Positions 36,545 through 52,857 are shown, counted from the stretch's first letter. The stretch is 64,000 nucleotides of DNA from Octopus vulgaris (GCA_951406725.2 OX597841.1:19406001-19470000), one strand, 5' to 3'. The notes: generated by a model not told the origin, from the letters alone. Translations and numbers: made by a program.

Positions 36545-36582
36545 TGTTTCTGAAGAAAAGCGTCTGCTCGAAACATTAAACA
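36545..36582 (+). ncRNA. Minimal hammerhead-like motif, same repeat family (36485-36685)
   Basis: tgttt-CTGAAGA-a-aagc gtct gctc-GAAA-ca-TT-aaaca. Confidence 0.55.
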
Positions 36583-36677
36583 GCCTTTCTTTCCTTCCCC
36601 GAGCATCTTTTAATACTTTGCATGCATGTTCTCATGTTGTTTTTTCTTGTGTTTTCTCTTCGCTTTTCTTTTTTAGA

Positions 36678-36709
<32 letters not shown>

Positions 36710-36722
<13 letters not shown>

Positions 36723-37009
36723 TGTAGTTGTGTGAGTGTCTGTCCCCTTCGATTTAGATTCCTAACTACTCCCACATTTTGCGGTGCTGCTTAACCAAAA
36801 GCGAGTATCTTATAGTCGTGATTCATATCGAGCCCTTCTGGGTATTAGCGCGCATCTACGATGAATCTACGATTTAAAAAAATATTTACCATCAATTTTT
36901 CCCATTTTAAATGAATATTTTTGCTATTAAATAAGGGAAGCAACTCTCTAAAAATGCTTATATAGTTATTTTCCTTACAAACCCGAGCAACGCCGGGCGA
37001 TACTGCTAG
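36710..37009 (+). mobile_element. Non-autonomous Helitron-like element, family 1
   Basis: Subterminal hairpin cccgagcaacgccggg (36982-36997) then CTAG|T; inserted in (TA)n. Confidence 0.8.
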
Positions 37010-37097
<88 letters not shown>

Positions 37098-37644
37098 CAT
37101 ATATATATATATATATATACTAGCAGTATATATATATACTAGCATATATATATATATAACACCAAGTAAGTTAAGGGTTATAAGAGTGATTTTACTGATT
37201 TCAATAATTTAGATTTAGATTTTTATAATTGTATGTATTTTATGTATAATTTTATAATTGTATTCTTATCTTATATGTATTGACTTATAATGTATATATG
37301 TATGTTATTAACGTTCCCATTTTTGTTAAATGAATAAATAAGTCGACATTCTAATATCCAAAAGCTGATGAACAAACTAAATTCTTTCTCCATTTTCCTT
37401 TGTGTATTATATACTCTTTTACTTGTTTCAGTCATTTGACTGCGGCCATGCTGGAGCACCGCCTTTAATAGAGCAACTCGACCCCGGGACTTATTCTTTT
37501 GTAAGCCAAGTAGTTATTCTATCAGTCTCTTTTGCTGAACCGCTAAGTGACGGGGACGTAAACACATCAGCATCGGTTGTCAAGCAATACTAGGGGGACA
37601 AACACGCATATATATATATATATATATATATACCAACAAAAGTG

Positions 37645-37692
<48 letters not shown>

Positions 37693-38323
37693 TATATATG
37701 ACGGGCTTCTTTCAGTTTCTGTTTACCAAATCCACTCACAAGGCTTTGGTCGGCCCGAGGCTATAGTAGAAGACACTTGCCCAAGGTGCCACGCAGTGGG
37801 ACTGAACCCAGAACCATGTGGTTGGTAAGCAAGCTACTTACCACTCAGCCACCCCTGCGCCTATATATATATATATATATTTTTATACATATATATATAT
37901 ATATATGATGTGTGTGTTTTCTTGTTCCCATATTAAATTCCAACATAGAAATAATCTAAGACATCTGAGATGTATTAGTAGAGAATTTCATTAAAAAATA
38001 TCCATTTTCCTGAGAGTCATGAGGAAACAAAGTCGATGGGTGTGTGGAATCACTTGTGTTGGTACACCTGTACATACAGGTGTACGCATATGTTTGTGTG
38101 GCTGAGTAGATATACATGTGTGTGCATGGATACATGAACCGTATATATAGAGACGCAGGAGTGGCTGTGTGGTAAGTAGCTTGCTTACCAACCATATGGT
38201 TCCAGGTTCATTCCCACTGTGAGGTACCTTGGGCAAGTGTCTTCTACTGTAGCCTTGGGTTGACCAAAGCCTTGTGAGTGGATTTGGTAGATGGAAACTG
38301 AAAGAAGCCCATCGTACATATGA

Positions 38324-38369
<46 letters not shown>

Positions 38370-38370
38370 A

Positions 38371-38408
38371 TCTTTCTGTCGAAGAGCGTAGGCTCAAAAC
38401 GTAAAAGA
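38371..38408 (+). ncRNA. Degenerate minimal hammerhead-like motif, same family (38370-38510)
   Basis: tcttt-CTGTCGA-a-gagc gtag gctc-AAAA-cg-TA-aaaga; two core mutations. Confidence 0.45.
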
Positions 38409-38561
38409 CTTGTTTTATTTCTATTCCTGGGCGCCATACTAATACATTTGTTTGTTTGTACTCCACCTGTCTTTTGTTTATTTTCGTAAACCTTCCCGTT
38501 ATATATACGTTTAAATATTTGTTGTGCAAGATTTTTTATGTGAAGTCGTGTGTTGAAACAG

Positions 38562-38740
38562 ATATTGTTATATTTCGGAATGGTCATTTTGCCAGTTTAG
38601 CCAATTAAAACACACGCACGATATATTTGGTGTTATTTTGCTTCAGTGATATTTATTTTTTACATTAATCTTAATCTTATATAGTCATGTGTTTTTATTG
38701 GCTAAACTGGCAAAATGACCATTCCAAAATATAACAATAT
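38562..38740. repeat. 53-bp near-perfect inverted repeat
   Basis: 38562-38614 vs 38688-38740, two mismatches. Confidence 0.9.
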
Positions 38741-38817
38741 ATATATATATATATATATACAAATATATACAAATATATACAAATATATACAAAGTAAAAA
38801 AGAGTAAAAGAGTAAAA

Positions 38818-38895
<78 letters not shown>

Positions 38896-39680
38896 GTGTA
38901 ATAAATAAAATATATGTATACATACATATATGTACGTACCTACATCTACATGTATATATACATGCATATATAAATATATATACGTGAGTACAGGACACCA
39001 CAACTAGACGTAGAACTCAACAAGAAACGAAAAACGAAAACGAAAAAGTAAAAACAAGCAGGGAACGGACCATTTTTTTAAACAGCGAAAAAACAGGGTA
39101 CAAGACAAACTACACAGGAAAAATCCCCTACATCAGCTGTCCCTAGTTCAACTCCAGCGTGTTTCGAAGATATATATATACACATATATATATATATATC
39201 ATCATCATCATCATCATCGTTTAACGTCCGCTTTCCATGCTAGCATGGGTTGGACGGTTCAACTGGGGTCTGGCAAGCCCGAAGGCTGCACCAGGCCAGT
39301 CAGATCTGGCAGTGTTTCTACAGCTGGATGCCCTTCCTAACGCCAACCACATATATATATATATATGTGTGTGTATGTGTGTGTGTGTGTGTGTATGTCT
39401 GTGTGTGTGTATGTGTTAGTGTTTGTCCCATCCAACATCACTCGACATATGATGTTGGTGTATTTACGTCCCAGTAACTTAGCTGTTTGGCAAAAGAGAC
39501 TGATGGAATAAGTCCTAGGCTTACGAAGAATAAATCCTGGGGTCAATTTCTTCAAGTAAGACCCTTCAAGGTGGTGCTCCAGCATGGCCACAATCAAATG
39601 ACAAAAACTAAAACAAAAGAATATACATATATGTGTGTGTGTGTATATATATTACATATATATATGTATATATATATGTG

Positions 39681-39723
<43 letters not shown>

Positions 39724-40307
39724 TTCGAAATGTAGAGTAGATGAAACCATAGCGACTGAAGAAGGGTTTTTTTCTTTGTGTTAATTGTCCTGTACTCTAT
39801 TTTTTGTTGTTTAAAAAAATGACCTGTTCCTTTGGTTTGTGTCTATGTTTTCATTTCTCATTGTGTTCGACGTCCTTTTGGTGTCCTGTACTCATATATG
39901 CGTGTATATGTACATGTAGAGGTAGGTATGTACATATATGTTTATATATATGCATATGTTTTATTTTATTTATCAATATATATATATATATATATATAAC
40001 CAAGAAAAAAGTAACAAGAATGGATCAGTAATTCGGTACAATTGTTTCATACTGAGAACATTTTTATTTAAAGCTGCAAATATTACAGCGAATATAATGT
40101 CAAGTATTCATCAGCCAAATCACATATATGTTTTCCAACCATCTTAGAAAGTGTAAATATCCTTATGAAGCATTCAGAGTGAGTTCTATGAATTTGAAGT
40201 AAGGTAATAAGCAGACTTTATGTGTTTTTCAACAATGCACAGTTTTTAAAAAGATTATTAAATTCTCAGAGAATTTGAATTCATTTGAATCCTAATTGTT
40301 TTTGTTG

Positions 40308-40346
<39 letters not shown>

Positions 40347-40552
40347 AGAGTAGTGCTATTACTATGTGGAGTTGTCGTCGGCGATTATACCGGAGGAGCT
40401 ATTTCTAGCACTAGAGTTAACCTATTTAGGTAAACTCTCTTATATTTACGAATAAATATATATTGTCTCCCTGGTTAATTGTGCTCGGTCGCTTGGTGTT
40501 AAAACAAGGGTACTATTAAATTAATATCTAATTTTTTCGCCCTCATTTTTGA

Positions 40553-40587
<35 letters not shown>

Positions 40588-40918
40588 CTCTTTATCTTTT
40601 ATTAAACTTTTAATACTTTTGATATTTAAAAAAAAAAAAATTAATTAATTAATAAATAAAATAATATATAAATATAAAAATATACATACATACATATATA
40701 TATATGAAATTTATAAGCTCAAATTATTTAAATATTTTTTTATTTTTAACTTTTATATTTTTAAATTAATTTTATGTATTGGCTTGTTTTTCACTGTTTG
40801 ATTTGCCTAATAGTGGTTTTATCTCTAATTTAATATAATATAATATATTTATACTATAAAAGTGGATTTAATCCTAAATCTAATTTTTCCCTGTAAGTTT
40901 GGATTTATTCCCTAATAT

Positions 40919-40971
<53 letters not shown>

Positions 40972-41075
40972 TATATGTGTAATATATAATATATATATGT
41001 ATATATAAATACATATATATTTATATATAAATATGTAATATATATATATATACACATACATATATATATATATAT

Positions 41076-41123
<48 letters not shown>

Positions 41124-41124
41124 G

Positions 41125-41177
<53 letters not shown>

Positions 41178-41454
41178 GGGTGGCTGGGAGATAAAGAAAA
41201 AAACGTTTATCTCCGCACCTTACGGACATTTCCGACAACATATCCGACTATCGGCAACATCCGTTAAAGAGGGCAAGAAGTGGGCCTTCGTTTCTTTTCT
41301 TTTTTATTTTTTTGTCTGAGAGATGTTGAGCAGAATAAGGTTATAAACGACGGCGAGTTAGAATTACATTAATAATAATAAATACTCATTAACGATAATC
41401 AACAAAGGTTAAAACGTGGACTTCAATTCCGATGGCTGGGAAAGTCGACGTAAG

Positions 41455-41895
41455 CGAGAGTGAGAGAGGGAGGAAGGGGAGAATAAAGTGAGAGAGAGAG
41501 AGAGTGAGTCACAAGATACCAAAGTAGGCGGGAGAGGAGGTGGAGTGAGAGGCTGAGGAGTGTGAGATGGATGAGAGGAGGGAGTGTGACGTAAGTGCCA
41601 GGGGAAAGAAATAAAGGGAGAAGGAAATATTATAAGAATAAGAGAGAGTAGGAGAAAGCGATAGAGTAAAAGAGAGAAAGCGAGACGTGAAAGAAGGGAG
41701 GGTAGAGAGTGACGAGGGAGGAAGGGGGTGAGTAACAAGGGAGAAAACTATGTGTGTGTCAAAGAGTGGGATTAACAGGAAGAGGAATGGGAGGAGATTG
41801 AAAGTTAACTGCGTAAAAAGAAAGGGGGAGATAAAACGTGTAAAGCGAAATAGAGAGAGAAGGGAGAGAAACCGGGAAGAGAAGTTAGTAGAAAT

Positions 41896-41927
<32 letters not shown>

Positions 41928-42459
41928 CAAAGAGAGGGTTAGCGGCAGTGAAGAGGAGTGAGTCACTCACAGTAAGAGGAAAAGAAATTAAAGAGAGATA
42001 GAAATAAAATGTAGAGAGGAAGAAAGTAATGTAGGGAGAGTAGAGAGAGATATGAGTGGGAGGACAAAGGCAAAAAGCAGTGGTAAGAGATACAATATAT
42101 AGGAAGGCGTTGACGTCGGGAGAGTAATAAAGAGAGAGAGAGGGAAAGTATATTGCTAGAAAGAGGAGAGTTGAGAAATAGAACGAGTAAGTATATGAGA
42201 GGGGTGAGGGAAGAGATAGTATGAAAGTGGGAGAGAGAGAGAAACCATATGTGAATATAGGTAGGGAGAGAGAGAGATGTAAATAGAGTGGGAGGCGATA
42301 GGAAGAGGAATGGGCAGAGATAAAAATAATAGTGGTGAAGTTGGTATATTAGAGTTTGTTTTTGTTTTGTTTTTGTTTAGCGCGTGAAAGAGAGAGAGAG
42401 AGAGAGAGAAGGGAATAAGGGAGAGAGTAAAGAGAGAGAGAGAGAGAGACAGACACACA

Positions 42460-42492
<33 letters not shown>

Positions 42493-42500
42493 TACACAGA
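41455..42500. repeat. Purine-rich (GA) low-complexity tract
   Basis: Direct inspection. Confidence 0.85.
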
Positions 42501-42572
42501 GGTTTAGAATCTATTTATGTGTGTATATGTATATACGGACGTATATATAGTATAATATATACACACGTACAC

Positions 42573-42611
<39 letters not shown>

Positions 42612-42614
42612 CAT

Positions 42615-42808
42615 AAAGTACTTGGAGTGCGGAAGCGGCGGCCAGGGTTTGAACTGGGCGACTTATTTATATACCGACCTTTAAAAACAACGAAAGAAGT
42701 ACACACACACACATATATATAACTCACATATATATATATACATTCACAAACAAACACACACATATATATATATACATTCACAAACAAACACATATAACAC
42801 ACATATAC

Positions 42809-42873
<65 letters not shown>

Positions 42874-43117
42874 CATTCACACACACATATAACTCACATA
42901 TTCATATATATATATATATATATATATATGCTCACACACATGATATATACATACGTATATGTATGTATGTATATATCTGTAATTGAAGGATTAATTAGCG
43001 AACGAGAGAGGTGCGACCCTAATTAACACAAATAGAAATTAACAACAGCACCAAGATTTTAAGCGAGGTGGAGAGGATCCACCCGGATAGGCCCAGGGTG
43101 CCGCCAGTTCATTAAGG
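42615..43117 (+). promoter_or_regulatory. Probable S6K promoter / 5' UTR region
   Basis: CpG-enriched unique patches (gtgcggaagcggcggcc with an ETS-like CGGAAG near 42629; 42980-43117) directly upstream of the ATG; TSS not determinable. Confidence 0.4.
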
Positions 43118-43225
43118 ATGAGTAACCAAATAACAGCCGGTGTCTTCGACATCGACCTGGACGCGCCCGTAGCCGAAGAGGAGGAACTGTCCGACGATGA
43201 TTGCTTCCTGGACGTTCAAATACCG
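43118..43225 (+). CDS. RPS6KB1: Ribosomal protein S6 kinase (p70 S6K, RPS6KB-type), first coding exon
   Basis: aggATG MSNQITAGVFDIDLDAPVAEEEELSDDDCFLDVQIP |gtaaat. AGVFDIDLD plus an acidic stretch is the N-terminal TOS motif of S6K1. In-frame TAG upstream at 43088; CpG-rich context. Confidence 0.85.
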
Positions 43226-43599
43226 GTAAATTAATCCCTTCTTCTATGCATCTATGTCTATATACACATCATTCACCACTTTATTATATACCCGGTTGGC
43301 CTCCTTTGGGTCATCTTTCTTCATTCATCTCTCTCATCCTCTCTCATCCTCTCTCTCTCTCTCTCTCAAACTGTACACACACACATTTCTGCCCTTCTTT
43401 TCGTTTTCTGTCGCTCCCCCCCCTCTATGCATCCCTGTATCTCTATTTAACGTCTCAACTTTATATACATTATACATACATAGAGATATACGTACACACT
43501 CACACATCCTTCCGTATTACTCTCTCTTTCACCCTCTTCTCACACTTATGTATGTGTGTGTATATATATACACACACAAACACATAATGCTTTATAGCC

Positions 43600-43613
43600 T
43601 ATGTATATATACA

Positions 43614-43646
<33 letters not shown>

Positions 43647-43697
43647 ATATATATATGTATGTATATATGTATGTATATATGTATGTATATATGTATG

Positions 43698-43730
<33 letters not shown>

Positions 43731-43785
43731 GTATGTATATATATATATGTATATATATATGTATGTATATATGTATATATATATG

Positions 43786-43870
<85 letters not shown>

Positions 43871-44004
43871 GTATGTATATATATATATGTATATATATAT
43901 GTATGTATATATGTATGTATATGTATGTATATATGTATGTATATATATGTATATATATATATGTATGTATATATGTATTTATATATATGTATGTATATAT
44001 GTAT

Positions 44005-44035
<31 letters not shown>

Positions 44036-44056
44036 TATATGTATGTATATATGTAT

Positions 44057-44087
<31 letters not shown>

Positions 44088-44769
44088 TATATGTATATAT
44101 ATATATGTATGTATATATGTATATATATATATGTATGTATATATGTATGTATATATGTATGTATATATGTATGTATATATGTATATATATATATGTATGT
44201 ATATATGTATATATATATATGTATGTATATATGTATATATATATATGTATGTATATATGTATATATATATATGTATGTATATATGTATATATATATGTAT
44301 GTATATATGTATATATATATATGTATGTATATATGTATATATATATATGTATGTATATATATATGTATGTATATATGTATGTATGTATATATGTATGTAT
44401 ATATATATGTATGTATATATATATGTATGTATATATGTATGTATATATATATGTATGTATATATGTATATATATATATGTATGTATATATATATATGTAT
44501 GTATATATGTATATATATATATGTATGTATATATATATATGTATGTATATATGTATATATATATATGTATATATATATATGTATGTATATATATATGTAT
44601 ATATATATATGTATGTATATATATATGTATGTATATATGTATATATATATATATGTATGTATATATGTATATATATATATGTATGTATATATATATGTAT
44701 GTATATATGTATGTATATATATATGTATGTATATATGTATATATATATATATATGTATATGTATATATG

Positions 44770-44800
<31 letters not shown>

Positions 44801-45200
44801 GTATGTATATATATATATGTATGTATATATATATGTATGTATATATATATGTATGTATATATGTATATATGTATGTATATATGTATATATGTATATATAT
44901 GTATATATGTATATATATGTATATATATATGTATATATGTATATATATATATGTATGTATGTATATATGTATATATATATATGTATGTATGTATATATGT
45001 ATATATATATATATGTATGTATGTATATATGTATATATATATATGTATGTATGTATATATGTATATATATATATGTATGTATATATATATGTATGTATAT
45101 ATGTATATATATATATGTATGTATATATATATGTATGTATATATGTATGTATATATATATGTATGTATATATCTATATATATATATGTATGTATATATAT
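43600..45200. repeat. 1.6-kb (TA)n/(TATG)n array
   Basis: Direct inspection; continues 45420-45890 after a SINE. Confidence 0.97.
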
Positions 45201-45421
45201 TTCTTTACTACCCACAAGGGGCTAAACACAGAGAAGACAAACAAGGACAGACAAACGGATTAAGTCGATTACATCGACCCCAGTGTACAACTGGTACTTA
45301 ATTTATCGACCCCGAAAGGATGAAAGGCAAAGTCGACCTCGGCGGAATTTGAACTCAGAACATAACGGCAGACGAAATACGGCCACGCATTTCGCCCGGC
45401 GTGCTAACGTTGCTGCCAGCT
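45199..45421 (-). mobile_element. SINE family A, near full length
   Basis: Reverse complement of 26784-27012. Confidence 0.88.
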
Positions 45422-46608
45422 GTATGTATATATGTATATATATATATGTGTGTATATATGTATATATATATATGTGTGTATATGTGTATATATGTATATA
45501 TATATATGTGTGTATATATGTATATATGTATATATATATATATATGTATGTATATATATATATGTATGTATATGTGTATATATGTATATGTGTATATGTA
45601 TATGTGTATATATGTATTTGTATATGTGTATATATGTATATGTGTATATATATATGTGTATATATGTATATGTGTATATATATATATATGTATATGTGTA
45701 TATATATATATGTATATGTGTATATATATATATGTGTGTGTGTGTGTATGTATGTATATATATATATGTGTGTGTGTGTAGATATATATATATGTATATA
45801 TCTGTAGATATATATATGTGTAGATATATGTAGATATATATATATATATATATGTATAGATAGATATATATGTGTGTATATATATATATATGACCGGCAC
45901 CCTGTATAAATATGTGACGTATTCATACAGGGTGCCGGTGATACCCAGGTTATTCCACTCTTCATTCAATTACCTTATTTGCTTCTATCCCTGGTTATGA
46001 TTTTGGTGTTGATGACGACGACGATGATGATGATGACGATGATGCTGATGCTGATGATGATGATAACTTCTCCTTTGTTGTTGTTGTTGTCACTTTCTTT
46101 CCCACCCAATTAACGGCACAAAGCTATATTTTATTTCTTTTTTACGTCAATCGGTTCGAACTCACACACACACACATACATCCAAGCGCGCACACACACA
46201 CACACACACATCTATATATATGCGCGCGCGTGTGTGTGTGTGTGTGCGTACATATAGTTACATTATTATAAGTACACACACACACATACACACACACACA
46301 CACACACGCGCGCGCGCGCATATGTGCACACATCCTAATGGTGCTTTTTCATTACCATTATGTAGTCTTCGTTCTGTTATGTAACCCACATACATTATGT
46401 ATGTACCATGCGTGTTTATGTGAATGTATATATGTGTGTGTGTATATATATATGTATATATATACGTATTACAATACCTGTGTATGTATATATTCACAGA
46501 CGTGTTAAAATTCGCGTGTGTCTGTGCCAATGGACGAAACTCGGACTTTGAGTCTCTCTGTTCTGCTAAATATTAATAAAAATAGGTATGTGTGTGTGTA
46601 TATATTTA

Positions 46609-46995
46609 TGCGCAGGAGTGGCTGTGTGGTAAGTAGCCTGTCTACCAACCACATGGTCCGGGTTCAGTCCCACTGCGTGGCACCTTGGGCAAGTGTCTTC
46701 TATTATAGCCTCGGGCCGACCAAAGCCTTGTGAGTGGATTTGGTAGACGGAAACTGAAAGAAGCCTGTCGTATATATGTATATATATATGTATATGTTTG
46801 TGTGTCTGTGTTTGTACCCCTAGCATTGCTTGACAACCGATGCTGGTGTGTTTACGTCCCCGTCACTTAGCGGTTCGGCAAAATAGACCGATAGAATAAG
46901 TACTGGGCTTACAAAGAATAAGTCCCGGGGTCGATTTGCTCGACTAAAGGCGGTGCATGGCCGCAGTCAAATGACTGAAACAAGTAAAAGAGAGT
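46609..46995 (+). mobile_element. tRNA-derived SINE family B with CORE-like segment and internal microsatellite
   Basis: gcaggagtggctgtgtggtaag (A box), ggttcagtccc (B box), ccttgggcaagt, ends gaaacaagtaaaagag. Copies at about 23800-24140, 32980-33400 (-), 36065-36380 (-), 37413-37862 (-), 38153-38320, 47650-48022, 48330-48745 (-), 49003-49160, 60683-61032, 61640-62020 (-). Confidence 0.88.
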
Positions 46996-48530
46996 GAAAA
47001 GAGTGATATACACACACACGCACACACACATAATTATACACATGAAGATCGTGTGTGGAAGTAGGCTGTTGGCCAGGGCTCCGTTGTCTATCCTTTCTTG
47101 TACTTCAGAACCGAATTTGTGATAGAATTAGGAAGAAATTGCAGATGTTATGACAGAATTTGGAATGGATTTGGCTGAAAGTGAGCTTAATACTGATGTT
47201 GTAGTCCGTTGGCAAGAAGCTAGGGGCCGTGCTTGATGTGAAGAAAAGGAGTTGGTAGGGATTATTGACTATTTACCGGGGAGTGGGGAGGACATGAGGT
47301 GTAGAGAGGTCACAGGTCAACTTAGAAAGTGATAAACTTCACATGAATCTGGTGCAGAGGGCCCCGGTATGTACTCAGAGCACATGTGATTTTGACTCCC
47401 TTATATGTCCAGACTACCCTCTAGAAGTAGTTTGTTAGTTCTGCTATCTTGAGGATCTCCTCATGGTCATTGCTTAATGTCCATTTCCCATGTCTGTGTG
47501 GGTTGGACGGCTTAACAGGAACTGGCAAGGCCAAGGGTCACACTAGATCCCATAGTCTGTGTTGGCATGGTTTCTATAGCTGGATGCCCTTCCTAAGACC
47601 AACCACTTCACAGTGTGTTTTGGGTGCTTTTAATGTGGCACCATCACCAGACGGTTCCGGGTTCAGTCCCACTGTGTGGCATCTTGGGCAAGTGTCTTCT
47701 GCTATAGCTCCGGGCCGACCAATGCCTTGTGAGTGGATTTGGTAGACGGAAACTGAAAGAAGCCTGTCGTATATATGTATATATATATATAAGTGTGTGT
47801 GTATATGTTTGTGTGTCTGTGTTTGTCCCCCCCTAGCATTGCTTGACAACCGATGCTGGTGTGTTTACGTCCCTGTTACTTAGCGGTTCGGCAAAAGAGA
47901 CCGATAGAATAAGTACTGGGCTTACAAAAAGAATAAGTCCCGGGGTCGATTTGCTCGACTAAAGGCGGTGCTCCAGCATGGCCGCATTCAAATGACTGAA
48001 ACAAGTAAAAGAGTAAAAGAGAGGGAGAGTCTCCTTATGTGGCACCTTCACCATCATTTTTATCTAAGACTAGTAACGGCAACGTCATCCGGGCTCTAAT
48101 GAGTAGCATGGTCGAGAGGATATCTTGAAAGTCACCAGAGTAAGAATTGGTTGGAAAAAGTCAAGAGCACCATTACTTCTAGTAATAAAGGGCTTTTTTC
48201 CTTGGAGTGAAAGGGCAGATTGTATGACAGTGTGTAAGTGCTATGCAATCTGGTAGTGAGACATGGGCCATGAGCATGGGAAGATCTGTGGAGAAAGGGA
48301 AGAGGCATTTCCTTCTGCATGTGTTACACTTACTCTTTTACTTGTTTCAGTCATTTGACTGCGGCCATGCTGGAGCTCCGCCTTTAGTCGAGCAACTTAT
48401 TCTTTTGTAAGCCCAGTACTTTTGCTATCGGTCTCTTTTGCCGAACCGCTAAGCAACGGGGACATAAACACACCTGCATCGGTTGTCAAGCAATGCTAAG
48501 GGGACAAACACAGACACACTAACACACACA

Positions 48531-48572
<42 letters not shown>

Positions 48573-49240
48573 CATATATACGACGGGCTTCTTTTCAGTT
48601 TCCTTCTACCAAATCCACTCACAAGGCTTTGGTCAGCCCGAGGCCATAGTAGAAGACACTTGCCCAAGGTGCCACGCAGTGGGAGTGAACCCGGAACCAT
48701 GTGGTTGGTAAATGAGCTACTTACCATACAGCCACTCCTGCACCTATACACTTGTGTACATGAATTGCAGAATAAGCGGAAGAAATAAACTTAAGTGGAA
48801 TCAGATGTGTGCAAGAGAGCTGACTACATTGATCTAGGCATGTGGTGTGCATGGATGAAGGTAGCAGCTATGTAAAGAGGTGTTGTATGCTCAAAGTGAA
48901 TGGAAGCTGTATTAGAGAATGAAGCAAGGCATCGGTGAAATGATCGCAAGTTGTGGAATCTTGGAGAGCATGCTGTGTGGGAGATGACTCACTACTCTCC
49001 TAGGTGTGGCCGTGTGTTAAGAAGCTTGCTTGCCAACCACATGGTTCTGGCTTCAATCCCATAGTGTGACACCTTGGGCAAGTGCCTTCTACTATGGACT
49101 CGGCCCAACCAAAGCCTTGAGAGTGGATTTGGTAGACGGAAACTGAAAGAGGCCCATTGTGTGTGTGTGTATATGTATGTATGTCTATCTGTGTGTGTGT
49201 GTCTCTGTCTCTTGCAGCCTCCAGGTTTGCCAGACTCCAG

Positions 49241-52458
<3,218 letters not shown>

Positions 52459-52460
<2 letters not shown>

Positions 52461-52857
52461 GCAGTAGCCGCCAGGCGCGTTGCCGGGGTTTGTAAGGAAA
52501 TAATTATATAAGCATTTTTAGAGAGTTATAGCCAAAAAATAACAAAATAATGCATTAAAGATGGAAAAAAAATTATGGTAAATTTTTTAATAAATCGTTG
52601 ACTCATCGTAGACATTTTTAGAGAGTTACTTCCCTTATATAATAGCGAAAAAATGCATTAAAATGGAAAAAAATTATGGTAAATTTATTTTTAAATCGTA
52701 GACTCATCGTAGATGCGCGCTAATACCCGGAAGGGCTTGATATGAATCACGACTATAAGATACCCAGTTTTGGTTAAGCTGCACCGCAAAATGTGGGAGT
52801 AGTTAGGAATCTAAATCGTAGGAGACAGACACACAACTTGACTTTTAGATATAAAGA
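52459..52857 (-). mobile_element. Non-autonomous Helitron-like element, family 1
   Basis: Reverse complement of the 2357/36710 family; A|TC start at 52857; GC-rich subterminal hairpin remnant near 52468-52487. Confidence 0.75.

Noticed and set aside
46612-46680. tRNA-like A/B boxes at SINE heads
   Set aside because: No complete cloverleaf; multi-copy SINE heads rather than tRNA genes.
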